Shown: positions 1-12,235, counted from the stretch's first letter. The stretch: 64,000 nt of DNA from Mustelus asterias (GCF_964213995.1 NC_135830.1:19344001-19408000), one strand, 5' to 3'. A program made the numbers and translations. The notes: generated by a model not told the origin, from the letters alone.

Positions 1-173
1 ATGAATCTGTATGGCTTCCTGAGTTTGTATTGGAAATGGGCTTTATGCTGCAGCTTGTGAGTTGTTGTACAAACACTTGTATTTATGCTGTGACCCAGAC
101 TAAGTTTCGAGAGGAATTCAGGAATGTGGTGACATATCCTATTACCGTGTTTGTAAAATTAATTAAACGATAA
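1..173 (+). CDS. 3' end (TM7 and C-tail) of a class A GPCR, GPR139/GPR142-like; truncated by the window edge
   Basis: The frame from nt 3 reads ESVWLPEFVLEMGFMLQLVSCCTNTCIYAVTQTKFREEFRNVVTYPITVFVKLIKR*, stop TAA at 171-173. NTCIY is an NPxxY variant followed by helix-8 KFREE. AATAAA at 410-415. Family assignment is from recalled similarity to shark GPR139-like genes. Confidence 0.75.
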   Translation, partial: ESVWLPEFVLEMGFMLQLVSCCTNTCIYAVTQTKFREEFRNVVTYPITVFVKLIKR

Positions 174-719
174 AGATATCATGTTTAAGTTTTTCCAGTG
201 CCACAACTCAATTTTATTATGTCCAGCTCACTCTCCCCTGAAGTGCCAGTGATGTAGGTTAATGTTAAGTCAATAGAGACATGTGGTGAACTGTACAGCA
301 CGCCCACCAAACTTTGCACCATGCGCACTGTAAAGGAAAACACGGGTTAACAAGAGTAAAATTTCACAGTCTATCCATTGTATTGTAATGGCAAGGACTA
401 ATAGCAATGAATAAAACACTTTTCAAAGACTTCACTTTTATATATAATACAGTGATACGAACCACGTGTAAATATCTAGTTTGCTCCGTGTACAATTTAC
501 TGAGGAGCAGAACCACTTGAGCGCCCTTTATCAGTGCCAGGAACAGTATTCAAGAAAATAGCGTTTTCCTACAAATACAGCTGACTAAAAGAATTGCAGA
601 GAGGCGCAATTTTCATCACAACACCATGCCTTAGGATTTGCCTTATTTCATCATTGGTCATAAACCTCCAGGTTGACTCGTTTCTACATCCATTTCAGCA
701 CACGCTCTAACCAGATTCC

Positions 720-1383
720 AAAATGTCCTTCAGAGGCGCTAACTAGCTTTCAGTGCAGGCATGTTTTGGGGAGTACCCACTCATCCGTACACTTCTCAGA
801 TCTTTCGCAGTGGGAATGGAGGGATACAAAAGAGTGGTCTAGTTTGGACCAGGGAGCGGCGCGGGCTAATTGTTCTTTGTTTCTCGTTTCAAGGCTTCAT
901 TCTATGATCATCTTGCTGGTGCCAGTACAGAGCGAGACTGCGGATAGTTGGGAACCTGTCTCGGGGGCAGGGAATTCATATGGTGTTCGTGGAAGTGGAA
1001 ATGAATAGGGTTGGGAAGCATTTTCCGATCAGGGCCAGTGTGATCTCCTGGACTCGTTTCGATCGCCTCAGGGGGTCGGAGAGGAATTTCCCAGATTTTC
1101 TTTTCCCCATATTGGCCCTGGGGTTTTCACTCTGGGTTTTCGCCTCTCCCTGGAGATCACATGGTCTGGAATGGGGGGGTAGGGGTGAGTTAATAGGTTG
1201 TGATGAACAAGGCGTCATAGCTGTGAGGGACAGCTCGGGGATAGGATATTAGTATGTAGATAGGCTGAAAAATTGGGCGGGGATCCTGGATTCAGGATTC
1301 GATCCTGGACCGGGGAGCGGCGCGGGCTTGGAGGGCCGAAGGGCCTGTTCCTGTGCTGTATTGTTCTTTGTTCTTTGTTCTTT
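720..1383 (+). mobile_element. Composite non-autonomous retroposon with CR1-type 3' end and (TGTTCTT)n tail
   Basis: Ends in GAGGGCCGAAGGGCCTGTTCCTGTGCTGTA(TTGTTCT)n. A second CR1 3'-end copy lies at about 811-880. The 5' boundary is uncertain. Confidence 0.55.
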
Positions 1384-2341
1384 GGAAGGGTGTCAGCAGA
1401 ACCCAGGACAGTTTCCAATTCGGATAATCACTTGAACAGCGGCATTCAAACGAGACAACATCTCCGCAATTGACATCGCGAAAGTAGCGCAGAGATTGGA
1501 GACTTCCGTTCGTTACTCTGCAGTGCGATGGTACAAAGTCACACAATGGGAAATGTCCAATACAGAAACCTCACACCGGGCCAATTTAGGCACCCTCCAA
1601 ATATTCTGGTAGATCAGCACCAAGACACAAATGTATCCTCTGTTAGATTCCGGTAGAGAACTAATTATCTCAACCCAAATTAGCAATCATTAAGTATTTG
1701 ATCTAACCGGGACGCTGTTAAAATGAAAGAATGATTTCCCGCTGATACGTTACACCCTCGCTGGACAGGTTCTGAAGCAAATGGAGTATATATATATATT
1801 ATTGAGAAATAATGAGGAGATGTTTCATCAGAATAACCGTGTTCTCTCAATTCGATATGAAATTAATTGCATAAATATATAATATTTATGTCAAAAACTA
1901 TATCGGGAAGCTGAATCCAATATTTCATGCCATTGGGTCAGGGAAACGTTGTTAATTTTAGCAAACTGCGCATGGATTCCGCACAAACTCTTTCTTCAAA
2001 TGGGGAGTGGACAATGACGTGAAACTGAGAAGAATGGAATGAGCGGAGGAAATTTAGATTGGAACAGAGAACAGTGCAGCACATGAACAGGCCCTTCGGT
2101 CCACCAAACCCGCACCGGCACATTAATTGGTTAGCTCTCTATAAAATAATTGAAAAAGACATGATGGGTCGTAGGGCCTCTTATTGTTGTCTGACATTTT
2201 CAACCATTGTTGAATCAGTCTGTCTGCCGCATTCCTAATTACAGCAGCCGAGTTGTCCGAAACAAACATCCAAAGTGCGACTGAATGACGGCACATTTGT
2301 CGCAATTTATGAGAGTCCCTTTAGGTTTCTAGTAGCCAGTC

Positions 2342-3032
2342 ATTTCTGTAGTGTAGTGATCATCATAAAATCCCGACAGTGCAAATGGACACCATTCAGC
2401 CCATTGAGCCTGCACTGACAGCCGACCTACCCAGGCCCTATCCCCCTAACCCCACGTATTTACCCTATTAATCCCCCTGACATTAAAGGGCAACTTGTCG
2501 TGGCCAAACCACCGGACCCGCACAGCTTTGGACTGTAAGAGCTTCACAGCTCCAGGGCCTGGGTTCGATTCCCGGCTCGGGTCACTGTCTGTGCGCAGTT
2601 TGCACATTCTCCCCGTGTCTGCGTGGGTTTCCTCCGGGTGCTCCGGTTTCCTCCCACAGTCCAAAAATGTGCGGGTTAGGTTGATTGGCTAAGCTAAATT
2701 GCCACTTAGTGTCCAGGATCCGTAGGTTAGAGGGATTAGCGGGTAAATATGTAGGGATACTGGGATAGGGCGTGAGTGGGATTGTTGTCGGTGCAAACTC
2801 GATGGGCCGAATGGCCTCTTTCTGCACAGTAGGGTTTCTATGGTTTCTATGGTTTATACCAGAGCACCCGGAGAAAACCCACGCAGACACGGGGAAAACT
2901 TGCAAATTCTACCAGTAACCTGAGGCCGGAGTTTAACCCACGTCCCAGGCGCAGTGCGGCAGCAGTTCAACCACTGTGCCACCGTGCCGCCTTATACGAC
3001 AAAAGTCATTGGTTTGAAACCGATTGGAAACA
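2342..3032 (+). pseudogene. tRNA-Val pseudogene split by nested SINEs
   Basis: 5' half TTTCTGTAGTGTAGTGATCATCA (2343-2365) and 3' half CGCCTTATACGACAAAAGTCATTGGTTTGAAACCGATTGGAAACA (about 2988-3032) align to vertebrate tRNA-Val on either side of the SINE block. Confidence 0.55.
2366..2991 (-). mobile_element. V-SINE (HE1-like) on minus strand with a second, plus-strand V-SINE nested at about 2540-2855
   Basis: Reverse tRNA-like head ...CCACTGTGCCACCGTGCCGCC at 2971-2991 and reverse CR1-like tail at about 2366-2420. The internal plus copy has B box GGTTCGATTCCC and the V-domain TTTGCACATTCTCCCCGTGTCTGCGTGGGTTTCC. Confidence 0.8.
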
Positions 3033-3134
3033 TTAGTAAAACTTTCACATTAAGGATGAGCGACTTTTGCAGGATTTAAGTTTGTTGCTGAACATTATCA
3101 GAATCTCGATATTGCATCCATTTTATTTATATTC

Positions 3135-3707
3135 CATAGAACCATAGAAAATTACAGCTCAGAAACAGGCCTTTTGGCCCTTCTTGTCTCTGCCGAACCA
3201 TTTTATGCCTAGTCCCACTGACCTGCACTTGGACCATATCCCTCCACACCCCTCTCATCCATGAACCCGTCCAAGTTTTTCTTAAATGTAAAAAGTGACC
3301 CCGCATTTACCACTTTATCCGGCACCTCATTCCACAGTCCCACCACACTCTGCGTGAAGAAGCCCCCCCCCCCCCCCCTAATATTCCCTTTAAACTTTTC
3401 TCCTTTCACCCTTAACCCATGCCCTCTGGTTTTTTTCTCCCCTAGCCTCAGCGGAAAAAGCCTGCTTGCATTCACTCTATCTATACCCATCAAAATCTTA
3501 TACACCTCTATCAAATCTCCCCTCAATCTTCTACGCTCCAGGGAATAAAGTCCCAACCTATTCAATCTCTCTCTGTAACTCAGCTTCTCAAGTCCCGGCA
3601 ACATCTTTGTGAACCTTCTCTGCACTCTTTCAATCTTATTTACATCCATCCTGTAACTAGGTGACCAAAACTGTACGCAATACTCCAAATTCGGCCTCAC
3701 CAATGCC
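3135..3707 (-). mobile_element. CR1-type LINE 3' fragment (RT C-terminus and 3' UTR)
   Basis: ORF 3209-3739 contains LVRPNLEYCVQFWSP...LERRRLRGDLIEVYKI...FFTQSVV; short-repeat tail at about 3135-3150. Confidence 0.9.
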
Positions 3708-4344
3708 TGGTTACCAATTCGTTTTGACCCCGGCCTCAAATGCTTTCAGGAAAATCGGAAATGCTGTATTTTAGGACGCAATGACAGGAAACAATGTTCA
3801 CAATTTGACACCGCGCACATATTCGCAATTCATTCAGTCTACAACAGAACTTAATGGCTTTATAGATGCAGGCTAACATAGTTAATCACCATCTGAAACA
3901 TGTCTAACAGTAGTGTGTGCTCATAAAGACAGGCTCAAGTGAAACTGTAACTGGACGAGAGGAAATGGCACACATTGACCAGAACCATTTTTCAAAACCA
4001 TTCATCATAATAGAGAAATAGGAAAAACTACTCAGACAGGTGAGGAAATAGAGACTCAGTGCGGACCTGAATGAATGAATGAGATTTAGGCGCCAGAATG
4101 TTTCACACCATAAATAAAGAGGGATCAAGTATAATCATTCTTAAATCTCTTTCCTTTAAAGATATTTGACTTTGTTTAAAAACTGGCTGTGGTCAATCTC
4201 AAATAAGCACCACAGCATGTGTATTACCCAGAATCTCGATTTCTTCTGTTGGTCAGTCATGTATGCAATTCAATGTTGTGTATTCCAGCGGTATTAAATT
4301 CAATACATATTAAATACATGTATTGGTATTAAATGTTGAATGAA

Positions 4345-4535
4345 GATGCGCAGTTTAGGTGGATTGGCCATCATGAATTGCCCCATAGGTGACATAGATC
4401 AGCTATAGGAAAAGTGTGGTGTAACGGGGATAGGGCGGGGGAAAGGGCCTGGTTAAGATACTCTGTCAGAGGGTCGGTGCAGACTCGTTGGGCCGAATGG
4501 CGTTTTCTGCACTGTATCGATTCTGTGGTTCTATG
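4345..4535 (+). mobile_element. V-SINE 3' fragment
   Basis: GTTTAGGTGGATTGGCCAT...GTCGGTGCAGACTCGTTGGGCCGAATGGC...CTGCACTGTA tail. Confidence 0.7.
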
Positions 4536-4807
4536 GAACAGATACTGACTAGAATTGTTAGAAATTATTCGATGGAAGATGAGAATGATGCATTGATGAT
4601 TGAACATAAATCATTGCTCCCTCAGACATTTGCTGGAGGAACTCTTCTAATTTCAAGTTCATGATAAATTGAGACATCGGGTTGAAAGTAACAGTGGTCT
4701 TCTTGTATTCGTTGACATGGGCTTTCAGTCTAAACATGAGCACCTGCAGCAACACAGCGGAGTTGAACATTGCAGACAGGTTGATTTGGTGGGCTCTGCA
4801 ATCGGTT

Positions 4808-4869
4808 GTTTCTGTAGTGTAGTGGTTATCACATTGACCTAACAGGCGAAAGGTCTCTGGGCAGAAGCA
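4808..4869 (+). pseudogene. tRNA-Val(AAC) pseudogene lacking the T-loop
   Basis: GTTTCTGTAGTGTAGTGGTTATCACATTGACCTAACAGGCGAAAGGTCTCTGGGCAGAAGCA matches tRNA-Val(AAC) with the TTCGAAACC segment (B box) deleted. Confidence 0.75.
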
Positions 4870-5394
4870 TCAAATGTTTCTCGTTCGGTTTGAGGGACGG
4901 ATGTTAAATTTAAGTCCTTTCGCCCAACCTTGACTGAATCTGGTACGTCCCCGGGATATTTACTTGCTCTCTCCTTGGCCTCAAAAAGCATTCATCACCA
5001 TCAGAAGTGCTGAATATTCATGACACAATGAGAAGAAAAAGATGTTCCTGTTTTGACACCGTGCACATGTTCGTTGCCCTTTCATTCCACAACATAATTT
5101 AATGGATTTACAGACGCAGATAACATAGTTAATCACCACCGGAAACATGTCTAATAGTATTCTGTAGTCATAAAGACAGACACAAGTGATCATGCAACTG
5201 AAATTAAGGAAAAGACACGAGATTTAGCAGAATCACCTTCGATAAAAAAATCTGCCTTCGTCATGGAGAAATAGGAAAATAACATTCAGGGAGATGACGA
5301 AATCAAGACTCAGTGTGGATTGGCTGGCACCTCACTTTGCAAATATATTCCTTTGATCTCTGATCAAATTTTCAACTCAGCAAAGATTCTGGCA

Positions 5395-6350
5395 CTTTGA
5401 TACTATATTAGCATGGATAGACGATTGGTTAACTAACAGAAAACAAAGAGTGGGGTAAATGGGTTTTTTCTGGTTCGCGATCAGTGACTTGTGGTGTGCC
5501 TCGGGAATCAGTGCTGGGACCGCAATTGTTTTTAATTTACTGAGATGATTTGCAGTTGGGGACCAAGTGCAGTGTGTCAAAATTCGCAGATGACGTGAAG
5601 ATGAGTGGCAGAGCAAAGCGTGCAGAGGACACTGAAAGCCTGCAACGGGATATACATACAGTCTAAGTGAGTGGGCAAGGGTCTGGCAGATGGAGTACAA
5701 TGTTGATAAGTGTGAGGTTATCTAATTTGTTAGAAATAACAGCAAAATGGACTATTGTTTAAATGGAAAATAAAATGAAGCCTGCTGTTGTGCAGAGGGA
5801 TCTGGGTGTCCTTGTGCATGAATCACAAAACAATTATTTGCAGGTGCAGCAGGTAATTATGAAGGTAAATGGAATTTTGTCCTTCATTGCGAGAGGGATG
5901 GGATTTAAAACGGGAAGGTTATGTTGCAGCTGTATAAGATGCTGGTGAGGCCACACCTGGAATAGTGTGTATAGTCTTAGGCTCCTTACTTGAGAAAGGA
6001 TATACTGGCACTGGAGGGGATGCAGAGGAGATTCACTAGGTTGATTCCGGAGTTGACAGGGTTGGCTTTTGAGGAGCGACTGAGTAGACTGGGACTATAC
6101 CCATTGGAATTAGGAAAATGAGGGGAGATCTTATGGAAACATATAAGATTATGAAGGGGATAGATAAGATAGAAGCAGGGAGGTTGTTTCCACTGGCGGG
6201 TGAAACTAGAACTAGGGGGGCATAGCCTCAAAATAAGAGGGAGCAGATTTAGGACTACTTCATCCAAAGGGTTATGAATCTGTGGAGTTCCCTGCCCAGT
6301 GAAACAGCTGAGGCTACCTCATTGATTTTTTTTAAGGGAAAGATAGATAG
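5395..6350 (+). mobile_element. Degenerate CR1-type LINE RT fragment
   Basis: Frameshifted motifs VTCGVPRESVLGP, KFADD, LVRPHLE, VMNLWSSLP. Confidence 0.85.
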
Positions 6351-6726
6351 ATCGACAAGAGCAGGTCAGCGGCTGGAAATCCTGCAGCGAGTAACTCACC
6401 TTCTGACTCCCCAAAACCTATTCACCATCTACAAGACACAAGCCAGGAGTGTGCAGGAACTCACCAAAGGCAATTTCAACAGCACCTTCCAAACCCAAGA
6501 CTTCTACCATCTGAATGTTCTCTTCCAAGTCACTCGCCATACTTACTTTGATTCCCTACAGTGTAGAAGAAAGTTATTTAGCCAATTGGGTCTGCACCGA
6601 CTCTCTAAAAGAAAATCTGACTCAGCCCAATCGACCTGACCTGCACATCGTTGGACTGTGGGAGGAACACAGAGGACCTGGAAGAAACCAAGCAGACACG
6701 ACAAGAACGCTAGAACTCCCATGGCC

Positions 6727-8320
6727 GGTATCACGGTAGCACAGTGGTTAGCACTGCTGCTTCACAGCTCCAGGGACCTGGGTTCGATTCTCGGCTTGGG
6801 TCACTGTCTGTGTGGAGTTTGCACATTCTCCTCGTGTCTGCGTGGGTTTCCTCCGGGTGCTCCGGTTTCCTCCCACAGTCCAAAGATGTGCGGGTTAGAT
6901 TGATCAGTCATGCTAAAATTGCCCTTAGTGTCCTGGGATGCGTAGGTTAGAGGGATTAGTGGGTAAATATGTAGGGATATGGGGGTAGGGTTTGGGTGGG
7001 ATTAGAACATAGAACATAGAACATTACAGCGCAGAACAGGCCCTTCGGCCCACGATGTTGCACCGACCAGTTAAAAAAAAAAAACTGTGACCCTCCAACC
7101 TAAACCAATTTCTTTTCGTCCATGAACCTATCTACGGATCTCTTAAACGCCCCCAAACTAGGCGCATTTACTACTGATGCTGGCAGGGCATTCCAATCCC
7201 TCACCACCCTCTGGGTAAAGAACCTACCCCTGACATCGGTTCTATAACTACCCCCCCTCAATTTAAAGCCATGCCCCCTCGTGCTGGATTTCTCCATCAG
7301 AGGAAAAAGGCTATCACTATCCACCCTATCTAAACCTCTAATCATCTTATATGTTTCAATAAGATCCCCTCTTAGCCGCCGCCTTTCCAGCGAAAACAAT
7401 CCCAAATCCCTCAGCCTCTCCTCATAGGATCTCCCCTCCATACCAGGCAACATCCTGGTAAACCTCCTCTGCACCCTCTCCAAAGCCTCCACATCCTTCC
7501 TGTAATGTGGGGACCAGAACTGCACACAGTACTCCAAGTGCGGCCGCACCAGAGTTGTGTACAGTTGCAACATAACGCTACGACTCCTAAATTCAATCCC
7601 CCTACCAATAAACGCCAAGACACCATATGCCTTCTTAACAACCTTATCTACTTGATTCCCAACTTTCAGGGATCTATGCACACATACACCTAGATCCCTC
7701 TGCTCCTCCACACTATTCAAAGTCCTCCCGTTAGCCCTATACTCAACACATCTGTTATTCCTACCAAAGTGAATTACCTCACACTTCTCCGCATTAAACT
7801 CCATCCGCCACCTCTCGGCCCAACTTTGCAACCTGTCTAAGTCTTCCTGCAAACTACGACACCCTTCCTCACTGTCTACCACACCACCGACTTTGGTGTC
7901 ATCAGCAAATTTGCTAATCCACCCAACTATACCCTCATCCAGATCATTAATAAATATTACAAACAGCAGTGGCCCCAAAACAGATCCCTGAGGTACACCA
8001 CTTGTAACCGCACTCCATGATGAATATTTACTATCAACCACCACCCTCTGTTTCCTATCCGCTAGCCAATTCCTGATCCAATTTCCTAGATCACCCCCAA
8101 TCCCATACATCTGCATTTTCTGCAGAAGCCTACCATGGTGAACCTTATCAAACGCCTTACTAAAATCCATATATACCACGTCCACTGCCTTGCCCCCATC
8201 CACCTCCTTGGTCACTTTCTCAAAAAACTCTATAAGGTTAGTAAGGCACGACTGTGGTCGGTGCAGCCTTGATGGGCCGAATGGCCTCTTTCTGTGCTGT
8301 AGGGTTTCTAAGATTTCTTT
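6727..8320 (+). mobile_element. V-SINE (HE1-like), interrupted by the CR1 insertion at 7004-8252
   Basis: Head CACGGTAGCACAGTGGTTAGCAC. The consensus GGGTGGGATT|GTGGTCGGTGCAG is split at 7003/8253. Confidence 0.85.
7004..8252 (-). mobile_element. 5'-truncated young CR1 LINE with uninterrupted RT ORF (7100-8215)
   Basis: 371-aa ORF with DFSKAFDKV, GVPQGSVLGP, KFADDTK; (AGAACAT)n tail; nearly identical to 37851-39100. Confidence 0.95.
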
Positions 8321-8954
8321 CTAAGATCGAAACCAGGTCCCTGGCTCTGTTGCCACCATGCCGCAGATCGGAATATATCTTGAAAATGCCTCACGTTTCC
8401 TTCACTGTCACTGGGACAAAATCCTGGAATTCAATCTCTCACGGCATTGTTGCTGTACCTAAACCAGTGGACTACAGCGGTTCAAGAAGGCAGCTCATCA
8501 CCACATTCTCAGATACAATTAGTGATGAAAAGTAAATGCTGGCCTAGCCACCGGCATCCACATCCGTGAGCGAATTAAAATAAATATCCAGTCAGTTGTC
8601 TGAACCTGCAATCATGGGCTCCATTTATATCGCCAACCCTTATGAAAATGTTTTCATTTTCTCGCGAGAGTTGTGTTGATAAATTCCCAGCAGTTTGCGC
8701 TCGCGTCTTCAAACCAAACCGCATGTGAACAAATCCCGGACCCTGCAACACAAATAAATGAACAAAACCTGTGACTTAACCAATAAAAAACAACATCAAA
8801 GGATGTATGCGGATTCTGAATCCGGGATGCCTCACACATTTGTTGCTTGAAACATCCAAAGCACGAATCATGCCCCCAGACCAACGAGCCGACGCAAAGC
8901 CAGCAATTGAATCAAAAGATACTTTTGGGCTGCACGGAATCAAAAGATACAGCA

Positions 8955-9306
8955 GGGCGGCACGGTAGCGCAGTGGTAGGGCGGCACGGTAGCACAGTGG
9001 TTAGCAGTGCTGCTTCAAAGCTCCAGGGTCCTGGGTTCGATTCCCGGCTCGGGTCACTGTCTGTGTGGAGTTTGCACATTCTCCTCGTGTCTGCGTGGGT
9101 TTCCTCCGGGTGCTCCGGTTTCCTCCCACAGTCCAAAGATGTGCGGGTTAGGTTGATTGGCCAGGTGAAAAATTGCCCCTTCGAGTCCTGATGCGTAGGT
9201 TAGAGGGATTAGTGGGTAAATATATGGGGGTAGGGCCTGGGTGGGATTGTGGTCGGTGCAGACTCGATGGGCCGAATGGCCTCCTTCTGCACTGTAGAGT
9301 TTCTAT
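8955..9306 (+). mobile_element. Full-length V-SINE (HE1-like) with duplicated head
   Basis: GGGCGGCACGGTAGC occurs twice at the 5' end; A/B boxes, V-domain and CR1-like tail present. Confidence 0.9.
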
Positions 9307-9884
9307 ATAAAAAAATACTCTTACTGCTATCCAAAGCCTGTCAGATCTGCTGTGCAGCTGGAAAATGACTGAAAAAAACAGGAAGTCAGGCAGCATACAT
9401 GGGCAGGAAACAAAGCTCATCTTTTACCTCCATGACCTTTCATTTACACCGGGAAAGGTTAGAAATGTGGGAATATTTAAACAAGCGAAATCCAGGAGGG
9501 TGACGGCTCTGATAGGATGGAAACCAAGAGAGATTATATGAGGAAAGACTTCGCTGTTCATGACCTCAGGTTGAGGTGAACATTGAATCAGAGAATATGG
9601 CCATTCGGGCCGTCGTGACTGTGCTAGCTCACTGTAAGAGCAACAGAAGCAAAAAAGAAGCAAACCATATACGTGGAGAAACTGTCAGTACAGATTGATG
9701 AACAACTGTTGTCGGAAAACAAAGAACAAATGTAAACAAGATTCAAACCCAAATCTGTAATGTAAAGGAAAACAAAATGAGGGGAGCATTTCCAGTGTGA
9801 AATTGTTGAACTCAGTGTGGGTGTGAAAGATTTAGAGCCTCGTGGAAAGATGAGGTTCTGTTCCTCGAATAAGTGTTGAACTTA

Positions 9885-10137
9885 GAGTCATAGAGGTTTA
9901 CAGTATGGAGACAGGCCCTTTGGCCCAGCTTGTCCATGCCGCCCTTTTTTTTAAACCCCGATGCCAGTCCCAATTGCCTGCAGCAGTAGTGGACTCGTCA
10001 ACATTAAGAGCATTTAAATGGTTATTGGATAAACATATGGATGATATTGGAATCGTGTAGATTAGAGGGGCTTTAGATTGGTTCCACTATTCGGCGCAAC
10101 ATCGAGGGCCGAAGGGCCTGTACTGTTCTATGTTCTA
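9885..10137. mobile_element. Two abutting CR1 3'-end fragments in opposite orientation
   Basis: About 9885-9980 is a reverse tail. About 9977-10137 is nearly identical to 11878-12050. Confidence 0.7.
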
Positions 10138-10362
10138 TTGCTGAAGTATTTCAATAAGTCTGGCAGTACCTGTGGAAAGAGAAATAGAGTTAAACTTTCG
10201 AGTCCTGAGGGCTGATAGTCGGCGGCCGAAGGGCTGATGGGCCTCTTTCCTTGCTGTAAAATTCTTTGACTGTTTTTCGAAGCTGGCCAGCAGAAATTAA
10301 TCCCGCCGTTTGCCCCATAAACAAATCACAATAACTTACATGGACAAGAGGAAGCAATCACA

Positions 10363-10452
10363 GGGTTCGTGCGGGACTTAAACCCAGGACCTGTCGCACG
10401 TTGGTCGATTGAAATACCCGAAGCAAGAATCATACCCCTAAACCAACTAGCC
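10363..10452 (-). tRNA. tRNA-Pro(CGG) with an 18-nt intron at position 37/38; probably a pseudogene
   Basis: Reverse complement: GGCTAGTTGGTTTAGGGGTATGATTCTTGCTT-CGG-G[TATTTCAATCGACCAACG]TGCGACAGGTCCTGGGTTTAAGTCCCGCACGAACCC (72+18 nt). The T-loop is TTTAAGT instead of TTCAAAT, and there are stem mismatches. Confidence 0.8.
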
Positions 10453-10964
10453 CACACTTGTGTGTGCTCAACCAAAATGTAACTCATCAGTTTTCCCCAA
10501 AGCAGCTCAGACATCTCAGGCGAAAACGTAAATTGTTTGAACAACTCGGCACATCGGCGTTTGTGTATTTAATGTTCCAGGATAATATTCGCCCAATGTT
10601 GCTAACTCGACTGTTTGGGACTGGGCACTTTTCTATATAAAGTACACTTTACCCGCTACACTGCACAAAGAATGCAGAGAGCCAAGCGGCATGATGTTAG
10701 AATGTTAGAATGTATAAAATGATATATATAAAATAAAATATATAAAATAAAATGATCGAGAATATTTGCACCACAGCAAAAGTAATAGCAACTTTGACAA
10801 TTCATCATAATATGTTTCGTTAAACAATACAAGTTTACTATCAGTGCTAAAATAATAATTCTGTTGCGGCATTTGCTCTTTTAAGTACATTTTCTCGAAA
10901 TTGTTAGTGGCCCCAGTTGTCAGTCTGGAATTCGGCCCGACACTGAATCCAACCCGGTATCTCA

Positions 10965-10978
10965 CTGCCCTCTGGCGG
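10965..10978 (-). promoter_or_regulatory. Candidate CTCF site
   Basis: Reverse complement CCGCCAGAGGGCAG, close to core CCASYAGRKGGCRS; TGTAGTTC upstream resembles the ZF9-11 module. Confidence 0.55.
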
Positions 10979-11156
10979 TGGCAGTATCGAACTACAACGT
11001 GCAGCTTTCTATCACCTAATAGTTCGCTTTCAACAATTTGCAATTATGAATTCTACTGCGCTTTACTTATGATTTGTTTTTCAAATTTAGACTGCATCTT
11101 GGGTGGAGAATGTAATTTGTTTACTCCACCTCCTCCAGACAAAGACAACCCTTTTC

Positions 11157-12056
11157 CAGATGACACTAAAGTCGGTGGAGTTGTAGACAGTCCGGAGGGA
11201 AGTGGCAGGTTACAGAGAGACATAGATCAGCTGCAGAGCTGGGCTGAGAGGTGGCAAATGGAGTTTAATGTGGAAAAGTGTGAGGTGATTCACTTTGGAA
11301 GGAGTAACAGGAGTACAGAGTACTGGGCTAATGGTAAGATACTTGGTAGTGTGGATGAACAGAGGGATCTGGGTGTCCACGTGCATAGATCCCTGAAAAG
11401 TTGGCACTCAGGTTGATAGGGTTGTTAAGAAGGCGTACGGTGTGTTAGATTTTATTGGTAGAGGGATTGAGTTTCGGAGCCAAGAGGTCATGCTGCAACT
11501 GTACAAAACTCTGATGCGGCCGCACTTGGAGTATTGCGTACAGTTCTGGTCGCCGCATTATAGGAAAGATGTGGAAGCATTGGAAAGGGTGCAGAGGAGA
11601 TTTACCAGGATGTTGCCTGGTATGGTGGGAAGATCGTATGAGGAAAGGCTGAGGGACTTGAGGTTGTTTTCATTAGAGAGAAGAAGGTTAAGAGGTGACT
11701 TAAGAGAGGCATACAAGATGATCAGAGGATTAGATAGGGTGGATGGTGAGAGCCTTTTTCCTCGGATGTGATGGCTAACACGAGGAGACATAGCTTTAAA
11801 TTGAGGGGTAAGAGACATAGGACAGATGTTAGAGGTAGTTTCTTTACTCAGAGAGTTGTAAGGGTGTGGAATGCCCTGCCTGCAGCAGTAGTAGACTCGT
11901 CAACATTAAGAGCATTCAAATGGTTATTGGATAAACATATGGATGATATTGAAATAGTGTAGATTAGAGGGGCTTTAGATGGGTTTCACTGGTCGGCGCA
12001 ACATCGAGGGTCGAAGGGCCTGTACTGCACTATAATGTTCTATGTTCTATGTTCTA
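11157..12056 (+). mobile_element. 5'-truncated CR1 LINE with frameshifts
   Basis: DDTKVGG...RPHLEYCVQFWSP...FFTQRVV split across ORFs 10901, 11442 and 11768; (ATGTTCT)n tail. Confidence 0.92.
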
Positions 12057-12221
12057 GACCTGGGCCCTGGAAGTTCTGTCACAGAGCTGTTGTCCTCAGC
12101 ATTTCAGACAGAAGGAGAAGAGGTGACTTTAAAATGTATCTATAATACTATATTTTACTCTCTGAAAAGGACAAAATTCTGAACACATCAATTGTGTCGA
12201 TTTTCTACCTTCTCGGAATGC

Positions 12222-12235
12222 CCACCAGATGGCGG
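12222..12235 (+). promoter_or_regulatory. Candidate CTCF site
   Basis: CCACCAGATGGCGG fully matches CCASYAGRKGGCRS. Confidence 0.6.
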
